A stretch of DNA of 64,000 bases. It comes from Patescibacteria group bacterium. Lineage in GTDB: Bacteria; Patescibacteriota; Patescibacteriia; UBA9934. Positions 47,057 through 54,451 of this stretch are shown piece after piece. The stretch is taken from NCBI GenBank assembly GCA_041661425.1, contig JBAZUI010000003.1, positions 10,446 to 74,445 on the forward strand, read 5' to 3'. Each line of letters begins with the position of its first letter. Positions within the stretch are counted from its first letter, which is position 1. The notes below the pieces were generated by a model that saw only the letters and a program-made list of their open reading frames with translations, had not been told where the DNA came from and did not search any database. Position numbers and translations under genes: made by a program.

Positions 47057-48157
47057 ATGTTTGAACATCGAAAAAAAGAATTCTTCTGGCAAGTTGCTTT
47101 CACGGCTTTTATTTTTTCCGTGATTGCCGGAGCGGCCTCGGGATTGATTGCCGCGGTGCTCGCAAATCAATCTCTTGATCATTATTATCAAACCTTGCTC
47201 GAGGAACAAGAATTCGCCGCCATCTCACAGGTGCGACCCGAAGCCATCCCGGGAACCTATGAAGAGGCACTCTCTGTGGTACATACAAATCTCTCCAAAA
47301 CAATTGGATTCGTTCATGCAAAATCAACGGATGCTTCGACTGTTTCCGGTTTGCAAATTGCCGATGGATATACCGGAGCCTGTGCGATTATTACAAACGA
47401 TGGATGGATGGCCTGCTACGAAGATGTTTTTGAGAATTTTTATACACCGATTTCTCAAGCGGAAATGTGGATTGAGGGAAGTCGTTATGCCATCACGTCT
47501 ATGGTTGCGGATTCGCTTTCCGATTTGGTGATGGTGAAAATCGAGGCAACCAATCTTTCCTCGGTCGCATTTGGTGATGCCGCGGGAACGAACGAGGGGA
47601 CCATGCTTTTTGCCGCCACGCAACCGGAGGAGATTTTTGTAACAAGTTTTTCCGGGAACCCCATGATCGCATCCAAGGTTGCTCTGCCTGATGTTCAATT
47701 TGTAAATGGCTGGTCGCTTTCCACCGGGCTTCCTGCAAGCGCACCGCTTTTTAATTCCTCTGGCAAACTCGTGGCATTGGGAAGTGGCAGTGAAGCCATT
47801 TCCTTAACCGTGGCTTGGTCGGCCATCGAATCAACCATTGCCAAAGGTGAGATTTCACATGCGTCCATGGGGGTGACTGTCATTTCTATCCCGGATATGC
47901 TCAATGCTTCTGCAACGGCATTTCCGGAACAGGGAGCGTTGATTACCGCGATTGCCGTGGATTCTCCGGCTGAGCTTTCCGGATTTTTGGTGGGGGACGT
48001 GATTCTTTCCATTGGAGGAACATCAATTGAAAAAACAAATCTTGCCGAGGTTCTTGCGGGTTATGAAGTGGGAGATGTCGCGAATGTTGAATTCTCCCGC
48101 GAGGGGGAGATTCAAAAAGTGGATGTGGCATTCGGTTCCTCTGAAATGATTTTCTAG
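47057..48157 (+). CDS. HtrA/DegP-like trypsin-fold plus PDZ protein, catalytic residues degenerate
   Basis: TM anchor; IITNDGWM, DLVMVKIEA, APLFNSSGKLV; PDZ SPA..GF.VGDVI. Confidence 0.8.
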   Translation: MFEHRKKEFFWQVAFTAFIFSVIAGAASGLIAAVLANQSLDHYYQTLLEEQEFAAISQVRPEAIPGTYEEALSVVHTNLSKTIGFVHAKSTDASTVSGLQIADGYTGACAIITNDGWMACYEDVFENFYTPISQAEMWIEGSRYAITSMVADSLSDLVMVKIEATNLSSVAFGDAAGTNEGTMLFAATQPEEIFVTSFSGNPMIASKVALPDVQFVNGWSLSTGLPASAPLFNSSGKLVALGSGSEAISLTVAWSAIESTIAKGEISHASMGVTVISIPDMLNASATAFPEQGALITAIAVDSPAELSGFLVGDVILSIGGTSIEKTNLAEVLAGYEVGDVANVEFSREGEIQKVDVAFGSSEMIF

Positions 48158-48158
48158 T

Positions 48159-48755
48159 ATGCCGAATTGGGGGAAGATCATCCGTTCATGGCCGAGCGAA
48201 CGGATGCTTGTTTTTACAACAGTGATTGGCGCGCTTTTTTGCCTCGGTCTTTTTTTCTTGCATGACCATGAATCTGCCTCGAAACTCACCATCCGTTTCT
48301 CGAGAGATGTGGGAAGTGAAGATGTATTTGGAAATCGATTGGATTTTTTATCCATGATCAATGAGATGGATGGGGTGATAGGGAACGAAGATTTTTTTGA
48401 TGAGATGGTGAGGCAGTATCCGGATATCGATGAGAATTATTTTTTAACGCAGGATTGGGAGCGGACAATCGTCTGGCGTATCTCTCCAGGGAAGAATGAT
48501 TTACATCTCACGATTTATCACGAGGATCAAACACAAGGTGCGTTGATAGCGAATGCGGTTGCGATGTTAGTAAAAGATCAGATGGATGAAGGATGGATCG
48601 TGACTGTTTCCGAGGAAGTTGAAACAAGCATCATGAGTGCGCGACCGAATGTATTGGTTTTTGTTTTTTGTGGGGCGATGTATGGATTTTTATTTGGGGT
48701 GAGTTTTGTGGTGATTGAGAAAGGAACAAAAAAACGCCGACATGAGATTACGTGA
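48159..48755 (+). CDS. Wzz/CapA-like two-TM protein
   Basis: N- and C-terminal TMs; IANAVA and RPN..V motifs. Confidence 0.55.
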   Translation: MPNWGKIIRSWPSERMLVFTTVIGALFCLGLFFLHDHESASKLTIRFSRDVGSEDVFGNRLDFLSMINEMDGVIGNEDFFDEMVRQYPDIDENYFLTQDWERTIVWRISPGKNDLHLTIYHEDQTQGALIANAVAMLVKDQMDEGWIVTVSEEVETSIMSARPNVLVFVFCGAMYGFLFGVSFVVIEKGTKKRRHEIT

Positions 48756-48764
48756 CGAATCGCG

Positions 48765-48877
48765 ACCACCCCTCACCCCTCCTTTGAAAGGAGGGGTCTC
48801 CTTCTGGAGCCTCCCCCTTAAGCAAGGGGGAGTAAAGAGGGGGTTATGAAAACCGTGGGGCGACCGGCCGGTCGCCC
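48765..48877. repeat. CCCCTCC/CCCCCTT double palindrome plus REP
   Basis: Inverted copy at 54322-54406. Confidence 0.75.
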
Positions 48878-48916
48878 ATAGTAAGCGAAGTGTATGGGGG
48901 TGTAAATTCGATTTTC

Positions 48917-48945
48917 TTGACACCGGTTTTCTCCTCTGTTAGGTT
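48917..48945 (+). promoter_or_regulatory. Promoter TTGACA-17-TAGGTT with extended -10 TG
   Basis: Directly upstream of the hairpin sRNA candidate. Confidence 0.6.
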
Positions 48946-48951
48946 TGAACC

Positions 48952-49047
48952 ATGAAGCCCCTTGGAAGGGCTCGGTGGAACGGTCGTGACGCCTCCTCCT
49001 CGTCGCGATTCGTCCCCGCCGAGCCTTTCGAGGGGGTTTTTGTTTTT
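48952..49047 (+). ncRNA. Candidate ~95-nt rod-shaped sRNA with anti-Shine-Dalgarno loop
   Basis: ~35-bp stem with G-U pairs on the + strand; loop CCTCCTCCT at 48992-49000; 3' U-tract; own promoter. Confidence 0.6.
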
Positions 49048-49108
49048 GGGCAGGTCGCAGACCCGCCCGTACGGCGTGATGTAGGGGCATGGCATGCCAT
49101 GCCCATAC
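49048..49108. repeat. Two REP-like palindromes
   Basis: GGGCAGGTCGCAGACCCGCCCGTAC and GTAGGGGCATGGCATGCCATGCCCATAC. Confidence 0.7.
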
Positions 49109-49158
49109 GCCAAAGCGCGTTTTTTTGCTCATTTTACCCATAAAACCCACCAAACCCC

Positions 49159-49187
49159 TTGACAATCAGCTGGTTTTTTGATATTGT
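49159..49187 (+). promoter_or_regulatory. Promoter TTGACA-17-TATTGT with extended -10 TG
   Basis: ~225 nt upstream of ATG 49416. Confidence 0.75.
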
Positions 49188-49415
49188 TACGGGTCCGTAA
49201 AAACGGGCGTGACCTTTAAAAAGGCTGGTTTCTGGCCTTCTCTGATTCGGTGTCCGACAACCTACCCTCCTAGGATGTTGTTGACGCCGGGTCATAGAAG
49301 GCTCAGAAGTCAGAAAATGAGCCCCCGCACCCCCGTGCGGGGGGCATAAGCCACAAAACCCCGCCCGTCCTCCCCAGAAAGGAGGCTCCGGGCAAAAACC
49401 AAAAGGAGGGTCACC

Positions 49416-50396
49416 ATGACCCTGTCCCTCGCTCTGTCCCTCGCCCTGTCCCTCGCCACCCCGGCCCTGGCCCAGGACCTCCCGTCCTGCCCGGCTGGCC
49501 ACCACCTCAAGCCCGCCGACGCCGAGTGTGTCGACGATGTGGTGGCGGCCCTGCCGCCGACGGCCGAGTCGGCACAGGCCGCGGCCGATGAGGCCAAGGC
49601 CCTGATCGCGGACCTGCAGCAGCAGGTCCGCGCCTACCGCATCACCCAGGCCACGGCCAACGCCCAGGCCAAGGCCGACCTCGAGCTCGTGATTGCGGGA
49701 CTCAAGTCCCGCATCGAAGAGCTTCAGGCCTTGGTGGCCCGGGGCAAGGCCGACCAGGCCGTGGTCGACGCCCGTCAGGATGACGTCACGGCCCAGGCCC
49801 AGGTCACGGCCAACGAGGCCAAGGCCGACGCGGCCAAGGCCAACAAGGCCGTGGGCGACGCCCGGTACGACATCGCCCAGCTCGGCATCCAGGCCGAGCT
49901 GCAGGAGGTGCGCCTCGGCCACGAAGAGGACGAGGAGGGCAGGATCGGCGCCCACGCGGGCGTCTGGGTCCAGTCCCACGGCGCAATCCCCGGGGTCGGC
50001 GACGAGCTGTCCGCGGGCGTGGTGGGAGGTCTCTCCTGGCGCGAGCGGACCTCTGCCGGCGAGACCTACGCCGACATCGGAGCCGTGCTCGGCTCCGACA
50101 ACATCCTCGGCGGTGCCGTGGAGCTTGGGCGGGTGTGGAACCTGCCCGTGGTCCCGATCGCCATCGGCATCGTGGCCGGGGCCGACGTCGTGGGCTACGA
50201 AGCCTACGATAGCAAGACCTCGTCCTCGTCACTGGGGATCGACGGCCTGGCCGGACCCGCCGTCACCGTCGATCTGGGCGGGGCGGAAGTCGATGTAGTA
50301 CCGGCGTTTTACGTCGGTACCATCCACAACCGGTTTGCCGTCCCGGACAACACGCTCCGGTCCGGCTTCGTCGGCTCGGTGAAGGTGCGGTTCTAG
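49416..50396 (+). CDS. High-GC secreted protein: signal peptide, coiled coil, C-terminal outer-membrane beta-barrel-like domain ending in Phe
   Basis: SD AAGGAGG; MTLSLALSLALSLATPALA|Q signal peptide; alternating Gly/hydrophobic strands; C-terminus GFVGSVKVRF. Confidence 0.8.
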   Translation: MTLSLALSLALSLATPALAQDLPSCPAGHHLKPADAECVDDVVAALPPTAESAQAAADEAKALIADLQQQVRAYRITQATANAQAKADLELVIAGLKSRIEELQALVARGKADQAVVDARQDDVTAQAQVTANEAKADAAKANKAVGDARYDIAQLGIQAELQEVRLGHEEDEEGRIGAHAGVWVQSHGAIPGVGDELSAGVVGGLSWRERTSAGETYADIGAVLGSDNILGGAVELGRVWNLPVVPIAIGIVAGADVVGYEAYDSKTSSSSLGIDGLAGPAVTVDLGGAEVDVVPAFYVGTIHNRFAVPDNTLRSGFVGSVKVRF

Positions 50397-50810
50397 AGCG
50401 CAACGCTCGAACCGCCGCCCTCACCAACTACGTGTTCGCGGGGATTAATCAAGTGCACTGCACAAGATTCTTCCCCGCGGATGCAACTTATCAAGAATTG
50501 TTACGGATGCTCTTCTAGTGTGAAGAACAGCCATAAGACTTCTTGAAAATTGAGGAAGTCAAGAACATTCAAATCGAAAATACAACGAACATCTGCGATG
50601 GTGCCGTCCACATGAGTGCTGATTAGCACTGAAGGATTGCCGACTAGACTAAATGGTTCCAAAGAAATTTTTGGCACTCATGAGTCGTCGCCATGGCAGA
50701 TGTTCGAAAGCTGCCTCCGCCCGCCCTTGGGGCGGCGGCAAAGTTTCCGCTCGCGACCCATCCCGGGTCTACGAGCAAGTGTCTAAACCTAGAAGTCCTT
50801 GGAGGACACC

Positions 50811-52016
50811 ATGATCCGATTCGCCCTGCTCCTCGCCGCCCTCGCCCTCTCCGCCTGCACCGGGGACCTTTTTGTCCCCGACAAGGCCGACGACGACGGC
50901 GACACCGACACCCCCACCGACGTCGACACCGACGGCGACGGGTACGACACCGACGTCGACTGCAACGACCACTCGGCCAGCGTCCACCCGGGCGCCACCG
51001 AGCTCTGCAACAACGTCGACGATGACTGCGACGGGTACGTCGACGAGGGCCTGGACTGCAACGACGCCGTCGACGCCGCCGGCGATGGCTATGCCTACGC
51101 CGACGACTGCGACGACTCCGACGTTTCCGTCCACCCCGGCGCCACCGAGACCTGCAACGGCATCGACGACGACTGCGACGACGACGTCGACGAAGGCATC
51201 GATTGCGATGCCGACGACGATGACGACGGCTACAGCGCCGCCGACGACTGCGACGACACCGACGCCTCCGTCCACCCCGGCGCGACCGAGACCTGCAACG
51301 AGGTCGACGACGACTGCGACAACGAGGTCGACGAGGACGTGACCGATACCTACTACCTCGACGACGACGGCGACGAGTACGGCGACCCCGACCACTCGGT
51401 CGAGGCCTGCGACGCGCCCGCCGGCTACGTCGACAACGACGACGACTGCGACGATGACGACGACGACGTCTACCCCGCCGCCGACGAGGACTGCAACGAC
51501 GGCGTCGACAACGACTGCGACGGCGACGAGGACGACGACGATGATGACTGCGATAGCGGCATCGTCTGCGATCCGGACGACAGCGACGACGTGGCCGACG
51601 GCTGCGTCGAAGTCTGCTGGTACCCCGACCCGGGGTCCGGCGCTGGCAACGACGTCGACGCCACGGTCTACGACCTGTGGTTCGGCGTCGAGACCATCGC
51701 CTCCGACGACACCATCGACCTCGTCGTGGTCGACTCCGGTTCGGCGTCGGGCATCTGCGTCGGCCTCTATGAGGACGACCTGGACGAGCTCCGCGTGAAC
51801 GTGGGGTTCGAGTTCGACGACGACGACTGGTCGGTCGACGGGGCATGGGACTCCGATTCCGATGATTTGGACGAGTGGTGGGCCTGCTCCACCTACTCGA
51901 CCGAAAACGGCGGGTTCTGGGGCCAGTTCACGGTCGACGGCGACACTGCCGACGACGTGGACGCCATCGACAACCCGGAGGAATCCGGGTACGACTGCCA
52001 GCTGAACAGCTGGTAG
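50811..52016 (+). CDS. High-GC lipoprotein with putative metal-binding (MopE-type) Asp/Cys repeats
   Basis: SD GGAGG; lipobox LALSA|C; about 4 repeats of DGDGY..DCxD....VHPGATExCNxxDDDCD..VDE. Confidence 0.88.
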   Translation: MIRFALLLAALALSACTGDLFVPDKADDDGDTDTPTDVDTDGDGYDTDVDCNDHSASVHPGATELCNNVDDDCDGYVDEGLDCNDAVDAAGDGYAYADDCDDSDVSVHPGATETCNGIDDDCDDDVDEGIDCDADDDDDGYSAADDCDDTDASVHPGATETCNEVDDDCDNEVDEDVTDTYYLDDDGDEYGDPDHSVEACDAPAGYVDNDDDCDDDDDDVYPAADEDCNDGVDNDCDGDEDDDDDDCDSGIVCDPDDSDDVADGCVEVCWYPDPGSGAGNDVDATVYDLWFGVETIASDDTIDLVVVDSGSASGICVGLYEDDLDELRVNVGFEFDDDDWSVDGAWDSDSDDLDEWWACSTYSTENGGFWGQFTVDGDTADDVDAIDNPEESGYDCQLNSW

Positions 52017-52041
52017 AGTCCCACCCTCCGCCCTCTCTCTC

Positions 52042-52105
52042 AACTCCCGGCCGAGAACTACATGCGTCTGCGTGTGGTGCTCGTGTCCGGGGGTTTTTCG
52101 TTTTC
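52042..52105 (+). terminator. Long hairpin terminator of high-GC module 2
   Basis: AACTCCCGG-CGAG-ACTACATGC/GCGTGTGGT-CTCG-CCGGGGGTT then TTTCGTTTTC. Confidence 0.75.
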
Positions 52106-52355
52106 ACGTCATTGCAGGAGGCCTCATGGCCGACGCCTGCCCGTCCGAAGCTCCGATTATCCATCGTAGCTTTAGCGAAGACGGAAGGAGCGAAGGCGGG
52201 AAGCAATCTATCCGAACAGTTTGCTTCGTCCTCCCCTTGGTCGTCCTTCCGCCTTCGTCTTCTTCGGCGGACAGGCGCAATGACGGCAGAAGGGCGGGTC
52301 ACAGACCCGCCCGTACGTAAATCAATTCTGTAGGGGCAGGTCTGTGACCTGCCCT
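52105..52355. repeat. CGTCATTGC...GAAGCAATCT..TTGCTTC...GCAATGACG palindrome with nested inserts, followed by two REPs
   Basis: Inverted homologs at 54104-54257; partial copy at 59140-59172. Confidence 0.8.
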
Positions 52356-52367
52356 TTTGGCGAATCC

Positions 52368-52396
52368 TTGACGAATCCCCATGTTTCCCCTACAAT
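52368..52396 (+). promoter_or_regulatory. rpsB promoter TTGACG-17-TACAAT
   Basis: Near-consensus match followed by a structured ~110-nt leader. Confidence 0.7.
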
Positions 52397-52510
52397 TCCC
52401 ACCAATCGCAACTGTCCTTCTAATCAATCAGGTTTGGGCGATATCCACTGGTTTCCTCCCAATTTATTGGGTCCAATGGATTCAAACCGCAGTCTAAAAG
52501 GAAAATTTCT

Positions 52511-53350
52511 ATGACCCACATCCCATCCATGCTCGATATGCTCAAGGCCGGCGTCCACTTTGGACATCGCACCAGCCGTTGGCATCCTAAAATGAAGTCC
52601 TATATTTTCGGCGCTCGCGGAGGCGTTCACGTCATTGACATCGAACAGACCCGCGCTCGTTTGGAAAAAATTCTGACGGATATTGAAAAGATGATTGCCG
52701 ACGGTGGCGTGATCATGTTCATTGGCACCAAAAAGCAAGTGCAGGATTTGGTCGCAAAGTACGCCAATGAATGCAATATGCCTTATGTCAACACGCGTTG
52801 GCTTGGAGGAACATTCACGAATTTTCCGGAAATCCATAAGCTTATTAAAAAGTATTTGGACCTCAAGGATAAACGTGTAAAAGGGGAACTCAAAAAATAT
52901 ACCAAGCTCGAACAATTGCAGTTTGATCGCAAAATTGAAGATCTTGATGGCCAAATCGGCGGAATCTCCATTCTCAAAGATTTACCAGATGCGGTATTCG
53001 TGCTTGATATGCGTCACGATAAAACAGCAGTGACCGAAGCGCGTTTGCGTGGCATCAAGGTGATTGGAATCTGCGACACCAATGTCAATCCGGAAATGGC
53101 CGATGAAGTTATTCCAGCCAATGATGATTCTGTTGCTTCTGTCACGATGATCACAAAATTGATTACCGAAGCCGTTCACGGCGGAAAGAGCAATGCCAAA
53201 AAAGCGATTGAACGTCGCGAGGCAGAACGCAAGGCCCGTGAAGAAGAATTGGCCGTGACCGCGGCTTCAAAAGCAACGGTCGAAGTGCTCGATGATGAAA
53301 TCAAAGAGAAACTCGCAAACGAAAAAATCGCTCAATTAAAAACGAAATAA
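52511..53350 (+). CDS. rpsB: 30S ribosomal protein S2
   Basis: AGVHFGH..WHPKM, RWLGGTFTNF, IPANDD. Confidence 0.98.
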   Translation: MTHIPSMLDMLKAGVHFGHRTSRWHPKMKSYIFGARGGVHVIDIEQTRARLEKILTDIEKMIADGGVIMFIGTKKQVQDLVAKYANECNMPYVNTRWLGGTFTNFPEIHKLIKKYLDLKDKRVKGELKKYTKLEQLQFDRKIEDLDGQIGGISILKDLPDAVFVLDMRHDKTAVTEARLRGIKVIGICDTNVNPEMADEVIPANDDSVASVTMITKLITEAVHGGKSNAKKAIERREAERKAREEELAVTAASKATVEVLDDEIKEKLANEKIAQLKTK

Positions 53351-53355
53351 TTAGA

Positions 53356-53478
53356 GACCTTGCAAAACTCGCGATCTGTTGGCTTGCGGGGCCCTGCCAT
53401 CTCCTCAACGTACACTCTGGTACGTCTCGGAGACTGGCTGTCCCGCGCACCAACATCTCATCGAGTTTTGCGAAGGTC
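53356..53478 (+). repeat. Structured palindromic element, family A copy 2
   Basis: Near-identical to 62457-62581. Confidence 0.85.
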
Positions 53479-53499
53479 CAAGTATAATTCTATTTTTCT

Positions 53500-54099
53500 A
53501 TGGACATAAAAGCAGGGGATGTCCTTCAATTGCGACAAAAAACCGGCGTCGGCATGATGGAGGCAAAAAAAGCTCTTACCGAGGCCGAGGGTAATATCGA
53601 AAAAGCCATTGAATGTCTCAGAAAATCCGGAGCCGCAAAAGCTCAAAAACGTGCAGAACGCACAACCGCGCAAGGACGTGTGGAATGTTATTCCCATGCC
53701 GGCGGAAAAATTGGTGTGCTCGTGGAAGTGCAATGCGAAACGGATTTTGTGGCACTCAATGATCAATTCATTGAATTTTGTCATGATCTTGCTTTGCACG
53801 TTGCCGCTTCCAGTCCACTTTATGTAAACCGTGAAGATGTGCCGGAAGAGATGATCGCAAAGGAAAAGGAAATCATTCGTGAGCAAATTGCTGCTGAGGG
53901 TGGCAATAAGCCGGCAGAAATTGTTGAAAAGATTGTGGAAGGAAAGATCGCCAAGTATTTGCAAGATATTGTGTTGATGGACCAGACATTTATCAAAGAT
54001 GAGGATGTGACCATTCGAGCCTTGCTCGAATCGAAGATTCTCTCCATCGGGGAAAATATTCGCATCGCCCGCATTGCGCGATTACAAATTGGGGAATAG
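53500..54099 (+). CDS. tsf: Elongation factor Ts (short form)
   Basis: LRQKTGVGMMEAKKAL, CETDFVA, GENIRIAR. Confidence 0.97.
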   Translation: MDIKAGDVLQLRQKTGVGMMEAKKALTEAEGNIEKAIECLRKSGAAKAQKRAERTTAQGRVECYSHAGGKIGVLVEVQCETDFVALNDQFIEFCHDLALHVAASSPLYVNREDVPEEMIAKEKEIIREQIAAEGGNKPAEIVEKIVEGKIAKYLQDIVLMDQTFIKDEDVTIRALLESKILSIGENIRIARIARLQIGE

Positions 54100-54103
54100 C
54101 GGC

Positions 54104-54406
54104 GCCGTCATTGCGCCTGTCCGCCGAAGAAGACGAAGGCGGAAGGACGACCAACCTATTTTCCCTGCCGTCATTGCGAGGACGACCAAAGGGAGGACGA
54201 AGCAATCTGTTCGAATAGATTGCTTCGTCGGCCATGAGGCCTTCTCGCAATGACGTGAGAGGGCGGGTCAAAAGACCTGCTCTTTTCGATTTGTCATAGG
54301 GGCGACCGTTTGTTCATGCTATTCATAACCCCCTCTTTACTCCCCCTTGTTTAAGGGGGAGGCTCATAGAGTTCCCCCTCCTTTCAAAGGAGGGGGAAGG
54401 GGTGGT
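54104..54406. repeat. Cluster of palindromic repeats, inverted relative to 52105-52290 and 48765-48865
   Basis: Direct sequence comparison. Confidence 0.8.
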
Positions 54407-54451
54407 TCCCGAATGCGATATGATATAATCATCTATATCGTTCGGAGGAAT

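Noticed and set aside
48952-49143. 63-aa ORF starting at the sRNA TSS
   Set aside because: Runs through a terminator U-tract and two REPs with no recognisable protein features; a leaderless peptide is not fully excluded.
50900-51560. GACGAC-rich repeats as a non-coding array or DGR template
   Set aside because: Explained by Asp-rich protein repeats; no reverse transcriptase or adenine-specific TR/VR pair seen.
49134-52043. Minus-strand ORFs of 281, 400 and 424 aa
   Set aside because: Antisense shadows of GC-rich, repetitive genes, with low-complexity Arg/Val translations.
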